DNA of 64,000 nucleotides from Vitrella brassicaformis CCMP3155 (GCA_001179505.1 CDMY01000954.1:124001-188000); one strand, 5' to 3'; counted from the first letter of the stretch, positions 1 through 18,869 are shown. The notes: generated from the letters alone by a model not told the origin. Program-made: numbers and translations.

Positions 1-5279
<5,279 letters not shown>

Positions 5280-5295
5280 TTTTGCGATTTGGCTA

Positions 5296-5303
5296 TTTGG
5301 CGC
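5296..5303 (+). promoter_or_regulatory. E2F-like motif TTTGGCGC just upstream of the MCM2 start; partial second site TTTCGCGA at 5437-5444
   Basis: Exact TTTSSCGC match 17-24 nt upstream of the predicted ATG. E2F control of MCM genes is established in animals and plants. The motif is short and could be chance. Confidence 0.3.
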
Positions 5304-6090
5304 TTATGGCGAGGGCGGCCCGGCTCGTTCGGCCCGGATGTTTGAGAGTGGTGGTGGTTTCGTGGCAGATTTATGGCAGATCTCCCTCGTGTGCGTTGTG
5401 TGGGTGCAGATCTTGCTGTGGATGCAGATGGGTCTATTTCGCGAGCAGCAGCCGCTCCCCACCGACATCGGTACACACCGAACCGACACGCAATCATGCC
5501 CCAGCTGGATCATGGAAAGAGCGCTGGCGAGAGATGCTCCTCGGTCTCCGTGGCAGCGCGTCTCAGAGACGGAGGCCTAGGTTGGTGCCAAGACGGAGGA
5601 AGGGAAAAGGGAGACGGAGAGAGAGAGAGAGAGAAAACACACACAGACTGTGTGTGTGTGTGTATGTGTATGAGTACTGTGCCCGCACCTGTCCAGCACG
5701 CATCGCAGGGGAGACAGCGCGAGACGAAATTGTTTGGTTTAATGGATTCGCGTGTGTGAATGGGGCGAACAGGCCCTCAACACCCACAAGAACCCATGGA
5801 CAGAAACACGGACACGTAGCGGCAATCCCATCATTCCACAGCGCTGACACCATCTCTCGAGGGCATGCAGCCGAGGGAGGCAGAGCACCAAAAACACATG
5901 AGCTATCTGTCCAGCAGCTACAGATAGCTACGCACCCACAACATCTGCCCGTTCACTTCATTCACAAATGAGCAGCCAGCATCCCAACCAACAAGCAAGA
6001 CAAGGTCGATCACCCCCATGACATGACATCAGCCCGGCCCCCCCTTTTTCTTTTTGAGCTGCTGCAGTCGCATGCACTCCACGGCACTCC

Positions 6091-9000
6091 TCACAGTGTG
6101 GGTGTACCGTGAAGGCAAGAAGGCTGGGATAGGAAAGGTAGCACCCGTGCTGTCCTCCCACCACAGCACCGCCTGCCCGTGGCCGTCGCTCCTCCGTCGC
6201 CGCTTGTGGCTCTCCCTCTCGTGGACACGCGCGACAGCGTGGGGGGCAGCCGCGTGTTGTCGAAGGCCGTGAACTTGTCGACCCACTTGGCGTCGCGGTG
6301 GCTCCCGGGCTTTGATTTCGATGTTGGGACAGGCGCGTGTTGCTGTCGTTGGGTGGATGCCTGGCTGGGCGCGTCTTGGATGGCCTCGTAAGTGTTGAGG
6401 GATGCCGCCGGCCGATACACGCTGCACACACATGCGCACATGGTGGAAACAACCACCACGGAACGGAGAAACAATGCGTGTGGTGTGTCTGTAACCGTCG
6501 TGTGATGTTCGTTCTCACGTGTGTAAGGCTTGTTGTCTGTCGATAGGCGACATGAGCTTCCGATACAAATCGGGCGTCTCGCACGGTCGCACGAGGAGCG
6601 GCGAGGCCGACTGGCAGGGGACGCTGTAGTGGGACTTGTGGTGGCTGCCGTCCACCACTGGCTGCGGCCGGTCTCTGTCTCTGCGCGGGCTTCCGCTTCT
6701 CGGCGACATTGCACTCGTGCTGCTGTCCGGCTGCATCTGGCGGCAGAAGAAGCCGAAAAGGGGATCTGTCTTGGCGGGCGCAAAGAAGACCGCCCGGCGA
6801 TCCTTGAGATGGACACACAGGGCACTGCAGTGGTCTGGATGAGGCAGAGACAGGGTTCTTTTGTCGCTTACAGGCGTGAGCATTTCTGCTGCTGATATTC
6901 TTGAGGCTGTCCTCTCGAAGCGAGGCGACACCATGGGGGAAGACAGCAGGGACTCGGCGGTGGTCTTGCTCACTGCCATAGCGCCAAACAGACACCTCTT
7001 CGCTATCTGCATGAACCATTGTGCTGTGTGTCAATTAATTCGTCTTACGTGTGTGCGGCGTGACAAGTGGGGGGAGGGCGGCATCTGGAGGTCGTTTGGG
7101 CTTCACCTCTGCCCTTCGATCTGCTGCCCTTGTGTCAAGTTGCTGGAAGCCAGCAGCTACTGCGCCAGTGGACCGCCTGGTCGCAGGCGAGAAGCCCCCA
7201 TGGAAGGTCCTGGGCGCGCGTGTCACCCTACTCCCTCCCCTTTCTCTCCTGCGCCCCCCCTGTGTGTGGGTGGGCTCTTCCCTCGCTGTTGCTGGCACCT
7301 GCAAAGGGACAAACATATGAGAAAATGGGTGGAGCAAATGGGCCAGATCACATGGGGTGCCGCATTTGTTTACCTGCGGTGTTGTGACTGCCTGGAGGGA
7401 GGCGCGTCTGGCACGGCGGGGGTGCCGCTGAGCTGCTGCTGGTGCTGGTGGTTGTGGGGGTGCGAGTGCTGGCGGTAGTGGGGGCGGGTGTTGGTTGTCA
7501 AGTCTCTCTGCCTGCTGTTGCTCCTGCTGCTTCTTGCGATACTCTCTGGCTATCTTGCTGGACGCCCGGGAACTCTCCGTCTCGCCTGACGACACCTCGT
7601 ACCTAAACCACACGATGACCGGCAGCAATAGTCACCGCCGATCGAAGATACATTTTCTGTGTCCGCTCACTGTATGCTTGAGAGAGGCGTGGACACGTCC
7701 GATTCGCTGCGGGGTGAGTGGGGGTGTGGGGTGAAGGACGTGGTGGGGATGGGCAGCCGAGGAGACCTGTGGCGTCGCCTCGGTGGTCCCGCACCGTCAC
7801 CGCCCCTCATCGGGCGCAGCGGCCGATCACCTGCATACCGACACACTGCAATGTCTGTCTCATCGGGAGCGGAAGATGCGCGCGTAGTTTTTGGCATCAC
7901 CTGGTGGCGAGATGACGATGGGCCGCCGCATCTCGACACCAGCACCCGCTGGCTCTTCGTCAGCGCGTGCAGGGGGCATTGCTTCATCCATGTCAAAGGC
8001 AGCTGCCACTTCAGTGAGGAATACGGGTGGTGGGGCTGGAGTCTCGTCAGGTGGAAGGAGCGGCTCTTCCGTGGGAGGATACACCGGCTCACCGGGGGCC
8101 TCTTCGTCTTCTTGTGCGATCACATCTGCTGATTGCTCTTCTTTGACGAGCTCTTCCTGCTGATCGACAGACGGCTCCTCTGCTTGTGCCTCTGCGTAGA
8201 CCACTTCTGTGATGTCGTCTTGCTCCACTGCTGGCGCTACGGCTGCTGTGGGGGATGGGAGATGCCTCTCTGTCTCCGCTGCAGTCTCCTTCCCCTCCCG
8301 GACCGGTGCTGACTGTGGCGGCTCTCCTCGGATGGCTTCTGCAGCTGGTTCACCAGCTTCTTCCTTTTCCTCCCCTCCTTGTTGTGGCATTTCCATGAGC
8401 CATACCTGTGGCCGCTCCTCCGGAATGCCCATTCCCACAATGCTTGTGCTGTCAAAACACACACATACAGGCAGGTGCATAGCATAGCATCGGGCCCGCG
8501 TGTATGTATGTATACCGTGTTTGCTGTTGCTGTAGCTCAGTGAGCCATGGTTTGTGATGCCAATCCTCCTGCAGCAATAAAGACAGACAGACAGACAGAC
8601 AGAAACAAGAAGAAGCGCCTGGAAGAAGTGGCAAAGAGGGGTGCTCTCCTTCTCCTTGCATCCCTGTCGGACCTCGTGCGGCGATGTGGGCCGGGGTGTG
8701 AGGCTGGATGACCGACGTGCCGGGGCGGGGGAGGCCCGCCCGGCACTCATCGTCACCACAGCCACTGGCAGGTCGATGTCAACGTCATCACCCGCCCCTG
8801 TCTCCCCCTCATCAAGTGGCAGTGACATCACCGCAATGCTCACGCTCGGCCTCTCCTCTTCCCTCTCTGTCCTTTGTGGTGCGATCAGGGAGTCTTGCGA
8901 GGCACAGGAGTCGCCTTTTACGATAGACGGCCGGCTGGCGTAGTGGCTGCCTGTCTCATCCGTGTCACCATTTGCTGCGGGGGCCAAAGCCTCACTGAGA

Positions 9001-11435
9001 CATGTGTCTTCGGGTTCGTGTGGGCCTGACGGAGGGAGCGTCCAGTCTGTTGGAGGGGATAGCTCACTCTCAAAGGCCGGGAAGGAATGCTCGGTAGCCT
9101 CTCCTTGTTCACGTTTCTCTTCCTCCTCGCTCTGTTCTTTTCGTTCGGCTTCTGGCGCTTCCTCGGCGATTGGAGGGGCTTCTTCCTGCTCATCTTGCGC
9201 AGCATCGGGGATGGGCGGAAGAGGCACGTGTGTGGCCTGGTTCTTGGCCCACTCGATGAAAACCACACTCTGCCGATGGGCGACCAGCCTGCGCAGCATG
9301 CAGAGAAGACACGTGAGATACCTGCCCAGCGACCGAATGCCATGCGCATATGTCCATCTCTCTTGCCTTTGTCTGTGTTGCCTCCATGTGCGTTGTATGA
9401 AACGAGCTGCCAGCACGGGGGACTTGCTCCGGAGCTTCTGCCGCTTCACTGACTTGTTCCGCCACAAGACAACCAAACGCCGCTGCCTAAGGAGGGGAAC
9501 AGCACACTAATACTGCACGGTGCTTTTCTGTGTGCGTACCTTTCCCTCTTGCTCCTCATGAATCTCTGTATCGTGAGTGCAGCCGTCTCCCGCCTCTCTC
9601 GCCAGAGAGCCAGTTTGTCCATGGTGGTCTTGCTGGTGCGGTGCTGCATATGTCGCTGAGACAGAGCGCCGCGCAGCCCGAGCACCGTCAGGGCCCGCTG
9701 CCGCAGCACAGCCACGGTCTTGCGCGCGTTATGGCACCGCACGAGCGTCTGGATCTTGACGGCCGCATTGTGCACCTTGGCCTGCATGGCCCTCTCCCTC
9801 GCAGCGAGCTCCTCATCTCTCGTTTTCTCCATGGACGCGCAGTAGCCTGATGAGACGGGGGATAGGATGGGGAAGTGGGACACGGCCAAGCGTAGTGTAC
9901 GTACGTCTGAGTATCTCATTTTGGAGCTTATAGAGGTAGTCGAGCGTCTGGCGGGGATCGAGGGTGCTCCTTTCGCCTGCATCCAATCACACACACACAC
10001 ACATCAGACAAGGATCCACAAATGACGGATATTCTGTCTTACCGTTGTCTATGTTCCTCCAGACAGTCCTGCCGTCATCGAGTGTGAGCGGCCCCTCCCA
10101 GCTGGTCATGGCCTGGCCCGTCTGTGCCGCACTCTGACCGATCAGCGTCTGAGCCTCGTCTATCGCCGACTGAGGCGGCCTGCATGTTAAACAATCGACA
10201 ACAGAAATACGGAAGCCGTGTTTCAGGCGGGCTTCTCAATTTGTGATCGTTTCTCTCACAGCTGCGCCAGTTCGTTGAGTATAGCGGTGAAAGTGGTGAC
10301 CAGCGGAAGGAACGGGTGGTCCCATGTGACGGGAGACACATACAAGATGGACCCGTCTTCAGCTGCCCTCGGCTGTTCTAGGGTCGGGTGGTAGAAGTAG
10401 GAGTTGCCCTCCGCGTCCTGTGCCTCGTACCAGCCAGGCGGCAGCGGCCTAGTGAGGGAAACAAACGATACGTTGGCAATATTCGTGTAGCTCATTCATT
10501 ACTTGTCGCGAAGGCAGGGGTATATCCATTGGAAGGCGGATGTCGACTCGACGCCCAGCTGCTGCGCAAACTCCAGCTCCTGATACGGAAAACGTGGTAA
10601 GTGTGGCAGACCGGTGTCCGTTGCTCGCCTCTGGGGGACCCACCTGTTTCTTCTCCTCTGTGAGTGCCTCATTCTCCTTCATGGCCCCAGTGAGCAGCTC
10701 CTTCGCCTTTGCCGTCTGCTCAGGTGACGGCAGCACCAAAATCTGCTTATCTTCCTGCTGCTCAGGCACCTCGATGGCCTCCTTCTTCTCCTCTGCAACA
10801 ACAGCCTCCTGAGCCACAGCCATGGCCTCCTGGCCATCAGCTGCAACGGTCTGTAAGGGCTCGCTGAGTGGTGCCTCGGGCGTGAGGGAGTCTGCAGGGA
10901 GGCTGGATATGGCCGGGGATTCCACCAGAACGGAAGCAGCAGCAGCTGCTGCCGGACTGGGAGACACAGCTGGGGCACTTGTTGGCGTCTCCTTCTGCTG
11001 GTCTTGAGTGGCGGTGCCCTCACCCACATTCACGTCTGGCGGCTCCAGGTCTATCGTCTGCTCGATGGCAGCCGTCTTGCTGAATCGGGGCGCCTTGTAT
11101 GTTGTGTATGTGGCCGGAATGAGGCCCATTCGCCGCCGCTCCCTTGCGCCCTTGGTCTTCTCGTCCTTCTCTTCATACACGGCGGCATAGAACCACACGG
11201 GCGCGTCCTCACCAGCGTCATCATCATCGTCCGTAACAACATCAATAATCTCAATCATCTGTCCTTCGCCAACTTCCAGGAGGGTCTCGGGGTCGATGTC
11301 GGGTATCTTGAGCACCGACCTGGTGGGGAAATCATACAGGGAAGTCTACACACACAGAGAATGGCGCTGAGATGAGATGAGAGGAGACAACAGTGCGGCG
11401 GCATGAATGTTTCGTACCACAATCTCGCCCTGCAT
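6091..11435 (-). CDS. Multi-exon SH3 + WW + degenerate WW + IQ-motif protein with a long low-complexity C-terminus
   Basis: MQGEIV spliced to TSLYDF...LEVGEGQMIEII...WFYAAV...GLIPATY (SH3). LPPGWYEAQDAEGNSYFYHPT...VTWDHP (WW). WEGPLTLDDGRTVWRNIDNGERSTLDP (WW-like). IQ motifs AAVKIQTLVRCHNARK, AALTIQRFMR, AARFIQRTWRQHR. Intron phases are consistent in the N-terminal half; 3' exons are less certain. Confidence 0.72.
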
Positions 11436-11966
11436 AGCCAGGGAACTTCTCTGCTCCATCTCTTCAGGTGTGTGTGTGTGAATTCTCAACGCTCGGGAAA
11501 CGGCTGCGCGCTTAACTCGCCTGGTCTGGTGATCTTGTGGACGAGATTTCAACCATTGATTCGACCGAAAATGGCAACACATCTTCGTCATAAACCCACT
11601 CCCAGTCACATCCATTCCCACATATGACGTTTTCTATCTCCCGACCACCGGGCCTATACACCGCATACACCTCACTCAGACTCGCCGCCACTCGAAAGCA
11701 CTCTCAGACGGCACCTTTGATGAAGAAAGCATGACAGCTGGGGATCCATGATCCTCGTTGGCCCGTGTGTGAGGTCGCCTACATGTGTGCGTGTTTGTCC
11801 GTAAGTGTAGGTCTACCGATTGGCAAGAGCATGTGTAGAGGACCTGCATGCAGCGCAGGTCAGTGTGCCATCGAAGTCAAACCACGCCGCCTCTCCTCAG
11901 TTGCCATCCGCAAAGCTTCATGAACAGACCGCTGAAACACACCCATGGCCACACACACTATTCTAC

Positions 11967-14900
11967 CTACCCCCTCGGTGTGTCTGGCGACTGCCTCATA
12001 TCTACCTGGAGCATCGGCGAGTGAAGCTCGTCATTCGATGACACTCCTGGCATCATCTCTCCACCATCCTCAACATCACCCCTCTCCCTCTCCCACGGCA
12101 CCTTCTCCATTCTCGTGCGGCCGGCTGACGGCGCACACTCATCGACCATCGTCTGCACTGCCGCATAGCCCTCCGGTGCAGGGGCCACGTCGATAAGGCG
12201 GGACAGGAACACAAGGACGGTGAGGGGCAGACAGGTGAGAAACACCGAAGCGGGCGCATCTGGGGAGCGCGTGGACACGTCCCAGCCTGAACAGAAAGAT
12301 CGAGACGGCCAACTATTAGTCATGTGCGTGCAGCACCTTTGCGTTGCCCACCAGCGAGATGGAAGAACATGACAGCCAGCTGCAGCCTTCCGGTGTCTCG
12401 CCTCTCCCACGGCCACCCCCCCACGCCCCACGAGAGTGTGTCCGCACACCGACCCAGCAACGCCACTGCCACGGCCAGCACCGACGGGCTCTCACACCCC
12501 CCCTCACTGCTGCAGATGGCTTCCCCAGCATGTCTGCTGAGCGCCAGACCAAAGGCCACTGTCGGGATGCTCTTGTGAGGGATCGATGAGGCCGGCGCCG
12601 CCCATGACTTTGGAAGTGCGTGATCGAGGGAGGAGAGAGACTCCATCAGTTTGGGCCCCAGGGTGTCTGGTGGGTCGGGTGGGCCATGGTGGGTGAGCGA
12701 GTGGAGAGTGGGGGCGTCGCGGAGCTGCATCACGGCGAGGCTGCTGAGGACTACAGCCACATCCTGCAGGAGAAGCAAAGGCAGCACAGCACCCAGAGAC
12801 AGCATTCATTGCAGCTGCGGGGGCACTTCCAACATGCGGTGCTTACTGTAGGGGTGAAAGAAGAGGCATGGACAGCCGAGTAGGCCAGGAGAGACCGAAG
12901 CCATTTCTCTTCATGTACTTGCGTAGCAGCGAAGCAGTCCATCGAAAACTGCAACAAGGCACACATGGTGCATGGTTTCCCTGCACCATCCCCCTCTAGT
13001 CCCCCGCCTACCGCTGCCAATCTGGGCCGCATGGCGTCGGGCGACTCCTGCAGGCTCCTGCACACCTGTCTGCCCACTCGGTTGACCACCTGTTGCATCC
13101 CCTGCCGTCCCAGCATCGCTTCGCCCCAGCCCCTCAGTCCACACATCAACACAGCACCCTGCAGCGCGCCAATCTCCAAGCCACTCATAACCTCCCCCTC
13201 ACACAGGCGATCCAGAATGCCTTTGAAGCACCTCAAACACGACTCGTATTCGGGCGGCAGCGTGCCGAGAGCACCGATGACGAGGGCTAGGTTGCGGCCA
13301 GAGAGCCTTGGTGTGAGCCGCTCGGCTGTGCGTGCGAGGGGGAGGAGGATGGACTCGTCGACCCATGGGGGGCGGAAGGGGAGGGGGGAGGGGTGGGTGA
13401 TGTGGCGGTCGGGGTCGTGGGCACGGGTCAGCGAATACAGGACGATCGACAGATCTGAAAGGGAGACGCGCAATTCTTCTCTTCGCTTCTCCGTCTCTCT
13501 GGTCGTCGTGCGTACCGTCTTGTGTCAGCTCCTCAGATTGACGCGCCAGTGTTGGAGCCAAGTGCATGAGCACTTTTCGATAGATGCCCTCCATCCTGCC
13601 AGCCACTTCCCCGCCCTCCTCCTGACCCATGGATAGCCGAAACTTCCGGAGGGCCTTGACTATTGATGACATCTCGCTCAACGAGAAGCCACGGTTGATG
13701 GACGCGCCCGGGGCGGCGACCACTGCGGCCGGCAGCGTCTTCTTGCTGTCAGCGATCCGAGAATGCGGCGGCTGTGAGGTGATGTACTCGACGGCGGTCT
13801 CGCAGAAGTGAAGCCCCCCCATCTGCAGATTCGCCATGGCCAGCAGCACAGTCGCAAACGACCTGGTATCGCTCTCCGCCTCCTTTTCCCGGAGGAGTGT
13901 GGAGAAACGGTTGAGAAACACCACTTGAGCAGCCTTGGTCGGCGGCAAGTCGAATCGTTCAAGTGCATAGCCCACGTCAGCCAGGTCCTTGAAACTCATC
14001 TGCTCGGCTACTTGCGCCAGGCGGTCGATGAACAGCCGGAAAAGGTCGGGCTGGCTGATGCCTGCTCGCGCAAACGCCCGCGATAGGATGCTGAGATTCT
14101 TGGCGCTGAGGCCCCTGAGCTTCAGAGGGTCGGCCAGCAGTGCATCAGCAACGCAGGTGAACACCTCTTCCACAGTCTCGTGCGGCAGTGTCGACGCCCC
14201 GCCCAGATGGACGTTGCCGTAGCCGTTGGCCAGCATGGTCAGCTCGCCTATCTTGAAGCCGCCATTGGGCGGCGACGACCGAAAGAGCCTTCTCACACGG
14301 GCAGCAATGGACTCCAGCAGTGCCGTATCGTCCAGCAGAGTCACTTTAGAGAAGGCGCTGACGATCATGACCACCCCCTGGGGCGTGAACTCCTCGATGC
14401 GCCGCTGGCTATGAGACGACAGTAGCTGGAACAGGTGCAGGTGGCGGATGTCTGCTCGCGCATATGCGTTGGCCACCATTGCAAGCTCGGCTGCGGGAAA
14501 GAGGGACAGGTGCCCCTGCATCGCCGTTGCCACGTCGTGGAAGAACCGCTCGTTGGCCGTGCCGAGCTTGCTGAAGGCGTTGCAGAGCGTGGCGAAATCC
14601 TGGGCATTCAGACGAAAGAGAACCGGCTTGATCTTGGCGGCTATAGCTGACAGTAAAGGCTGGTCCCGATAGTCGAATCGAGCCAGCGAGTTGACGAGAA
14701 GAGAGAGCGCCTGATGATCCCCTGGTTGAGCCTCCAGTGTGTTCCGCAGATAGCGCGAGACGACGAGCAGTAGATCATTGTCGCGATGCTTCAGGCGGGC
14801 GAAGGCATTCAGGCAGATTGACAGCTTGGTCAGATCAAACTTGGTTTGTTTGTCAAGATCAGTCAGATTGTCACGGATGTTGGTACTCAGAGCCGACAGC

Positions 14901-15124
14901 AGGTCAGGCGGGTGACGAAAGGGCACCTTGCCGAGGGCTGTGAGGATCCTCGTGAGGTCGCCTGGCGTGAATTCATTGGCCACTTGGACAGCCCGCGCGG
15001 CGTAGCTGCGCCAGAGGAGCGGCGAGGGCGGGGATGACGTTGATGCGGCAAGAGTTGCCGATGTGACGATGAAGTCGGCAAGCTTGCGGTGATCCACAGC
15101 CTTCAAGCTCTCCAGATGCTGCAT
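11967..15124 (-). CDS. Heptatricopeptide-repeat (HPR/OPR-like) helical-repeat protein, probably organellar RNA-binding
   Basis: Two consecutive units counted at exactly 37 aa (LNAQDFATLCNAFSKLG...HLSL and FPAAELAMVANAYARAD...RIEE), with many similar units. A GTACGC...TTCAG intron near 13465-13530 joins QD to DLSIVLYSLTR. The 5' and 3' ends are approximate. Confidence 0.8.
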
Positions 15125-15731
15125 CTTCGCTGCTTACGAAGGAAAAGCTCGCAGATGGGAGGGAAGGAGGATCGAACTCATTGGCACGACAATGCTGAAG
15201 CTCATGATGGTACATGCACAAGATCCGACTTTACTTGTCTTCTTCGATCAGCCACCAACACTTGACACCAGTGGACTGACTGAGATCACGTGTACCCGCC
15301 TTTCTTGCACGTGTCCCGGTCTTATCTATCAGGTGCCTGTCTGCGTGTGTATCGAAGTTGACCAGGTCCAACCCCTCTTGCTCTTGAAGGACAAGAGGGC
15401 TGGGCGTGGTCAATAACAGAAACACACACACAGGCCGACACACATACGGATGAAAGAGGAGAGTTGAGGATACAGTCCCTATAGTAGGCGGCCGGATGAA
15501 GAGCCCGACGAATACGAAGCATCCACACGCTTTGTACACCCACCGACCCACGGCTGGCTCGTCAGTCTGTCTTTCTGTCAAGTACTAGCTATACATACAA
15601 ACAATGCACACGCTCTAGCGACGTACGAGTTACACAAGCCTAGCCTACTTACACCATGCTGCCGAGCAGCAGGCTGGGCTCTCCTGCCCGTCGAGCAGCC
15701 ACATCCATCGAGTAGCCACTAATTTCTGCAC

Positions 15732-18645
15732 TCAGAGAGCGAATGGGGGATAGTGTTGGCTGGCCTGGTCCTCTTGCGTAGGGATGTCGCCCACATCGAG
15801 CAGGCCCGACCCGCCGGCCCTCTGCCGCTCAGCCGACTGCCACGCAAGTGGCACGCTCCACCCTGGAGGCACACGCTCCTGATGGATGACACGGACACAC
15901 ACACAGACAAATGAATGGATGGATGGGCAACTCACTCCCGGATTCTCTCCTATTCTGCTCTGTGCTGACCTGGATGTCGCCGATCTTTGAGAGGAAGAGG
16001 TACGCGTCCGTTCCCCACCGAGGCATCGACACGACCTGCATCAATGCACGTGCAAATACACAGGATACCAACTCGTCCATTCCTCCCCCAATCGTTTCCC
16101 TGTCTGTCTGTCTGTCTGACCTTGAGCGACCCGCCGAGGTACTGTGCATAGAGCCTGGAGAGAGGGAGACCGCAGCCGAAGCCGGCCAATGGTGAGATGG
16201 ATGGCTTGGACGCATCGGGGGAGCTGCCAGGACGCAAACCTAAGGACGCGACACAGAGAGGCATGGACCAGTCAGTCAGTCAGTGTTGGTGAGGGCATCT
16301 ATCTGCCCTGACCGTTTCTTTGCGATCGGTCGAGATAGCCAAAGGGGCCCGTGTGGGGGGCGTGGGGCATGTCTGAACGGTACGGACAAAGGAGAAAGGA
16401 AACGGCAACATCAGTCTCTGCGCTTTGGCTTGGTGTGTCTTCCTTCTCCAATTAATGTTGGTTTACTTACTTTTGACTTGCGAGTCTTGTTCATTGGACG
16501 GCTCTCCGATAGGCTTTGCTGTCGTGTACAAGTAGGACCTGATCAACACACACCACAGACAATTAAGGCGTGTAGCAGGGTGGGTGCCTTGCGTGCCACC
16601 CTCCCTACCCTCTGCTCACCATATCTTCGATTCGGCCTCCCGTGCGATGCCTCCTCCCTCATCGGCTATCTGCAGTCAAGCCGCACATTATAATGCAATC
16701 GTTTATCTCTCTCTCCCCTCCGCTGATCCATCCCTTTCACCTTGATGGCCACTTGGTGGTTGTCGCCGCTGAGTATGACCTGCACCGGCGGCAGCTCCAC
16801 CTCAGCACCAGTGTCGACACGGATCGAATGGGACCCCTGACACACTCGCTGACCCCCACCGCTCCCGCCACCACCAAATGCAGGCAACGACGTGGCCGTC
16901 ACCGTCGCGGGCGCCATCGTCCCCGGCCCTCCAGATGACCTGCCGTCGCTGCTGCCGTACCCATCCGCTGGCTGAGACGTCTCGTTGCGACACGTGTAGG
17001 GCCGCGATGGCTGGGGAGAGGATGGGAACGTCCGCTGTGTGCCCTCCGGCGATTCGTCGTCGAGTGATATGGTGACGGGATAGACGAGCGAGGGGTGGTC
17101 AGGTGGGTGTTGGTGGAGGGGGCCGTACGGGCTGGTGGGATTGCCTGAGAAGGGGGCGGAGGGCGGCTGGGGAACGTCGGGAGCGAAGGACACCAGGTGC
17201 AGCTCGTTGTCGATGGGAAGCACGGCGTGGTGGTTGTCCGACTGCTGGGCCTTCTCGACCACCGCTCGCATCGAATTCTGCCACACAGAACACAAAGGGG
17301 AGGAGAGAAGGCACACGGACACATGGATGGATGGATGTCAGCAAGCGAGGTCAGGTGCACAGTCTGTGTTCTGCTGCACTGATTTTCTGAACCTTGAACA
17401 GTTCGAATAAGATGTAGTACAGGTATTGGGGGATGTATGGCCACCGATCGACGCCGCGATTCCATACCTGACACAGAATGAAATGAATGGAGGTGCATGA
17501 GGGTGGGTGAGGCGGGTGAGAGCCAGCACGATTGTCTGTTCTTCTTTTTTTCGGCGTCCTTTGCCCAGCCCACCTGACCTGCACAGGGGGGCAGCAGCCG
17601 TAGTGCGCATAGCACAGACGCTCAGCATCTGCACCTCACACACACACCACCGACACACACACACACACACACACATCCAGGCATCCAATCGACACCCACA
17701 TATGTTCATCTGTCGACCACCTTTGGCGGCTCTGCGAATGACGGCGTCAGGGTCGCACACGCGGTCGATGATGCCGTCGCCCTTGCCGTGTGCGCCGGCC
17801 AGGAACTGACTCGTGAGCATCTCAGTGCCGATACGCGACAGAAAGAACTTGTTCAGAAAGTCATTCAGGAACTCCTCAGTCTGGCAGAAAGGAACTCTAC
17901 CAGGTGTGTGTGTTGCCCAGCCGCTGGTTGCTCTCTGTTGTCTGTTGTCTCACCAGCTGTTCGGGGAATTTTTCCTTCAGAAGCCGAATACCTGCACCAA
18001 CACACACACGGAACAGACCACAGACCGTGAAGCTTTTTCTCTCCCTGCCTCCCCTCCCTCAGTCGTGTGTGTGCCGACCAGTGATGAGGAGCGGCACGAC
18101 GCTCGAGTGTCGCTTCTTGAGGTTGGTCAGCACCTTGGTGAAGTCCTCTCGCTGCGTGGGCTGCACCATCCTGAGCTGCTTGAACGATTCGGCATAGATG
18201 GACCGCACACGGGAGATGAACATGACGTCGGGGTGCGTCGGCAGCGCCTCGAGCTGCTTGATGCGCGAGGCGAACCGGACAGGCAACTCATGAGAGATGA
18301 AGTCAGCAACCACCCACACAGACCTGACACACACATCACCACATGAGGGAGTGCGGCTGTCTGGCTGTCTGTCTGTCTGTCTGTCTGTCTGTGTGGCTGA
18401 CTCACTTGACGCTGAGGATCTTCCTGAGGGTGACGGGGTCTTGCCTCTTGAGCGCAAAGTGCGTGATCTCCGACTCGAGCAGCTGATCTGCTCAGTGACG
18501 ACACAGAGGAAAGAACAGAGCGATGATTGTGGATGCATTCTTCAGCTGATCTTCCCTGTCTGCCTCTCTGTCCTTGTGCGCCCGCCGCACCCAGTCGCTC
18601 CTTCGACAGCGTCACTTGACCACATAATCGACGACAGAGTCGCAT
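15732..18645 (-). CDS. PDK/BCKDK: Mitochondrial pyruvate / branched-chain 2-oxoacid dehydrogenase kinase family protein
   Basis: ADFISHELPVRFASRIKQLEALP, SRIGTEMLTSQ, YIPQYLYYILFELFKNSMRAVVE (N box), LAGFGCGLPLSRLYAQYLGGSL (G2 box) and GTDAYLFL. Arg-rich N-terminus MRLCRRLCGQ resembles a presequence. Confidence 0.93.
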
Positions 18646-18869
18646 TTTGGTGACAGATCTTCACCTGCTGAGGCCTCCTGCACCAGCTGCCTCACTCTAT
18701 CTGCCTCTTTTCCTTCTCCCTCTCCGTGATCGCTTGCGAGCTTTTGAGTTGTCGAGTGCGTTTCCTTCGGAGCCGTGTTTGATGCCTTCCGACGCCCAAA
18801 GAAAGCTCTGCTCTAAAATCGAAGCGTCGCGATTCATCGGTGTGGGTATGTGATTGCGCATTGGAGGCG

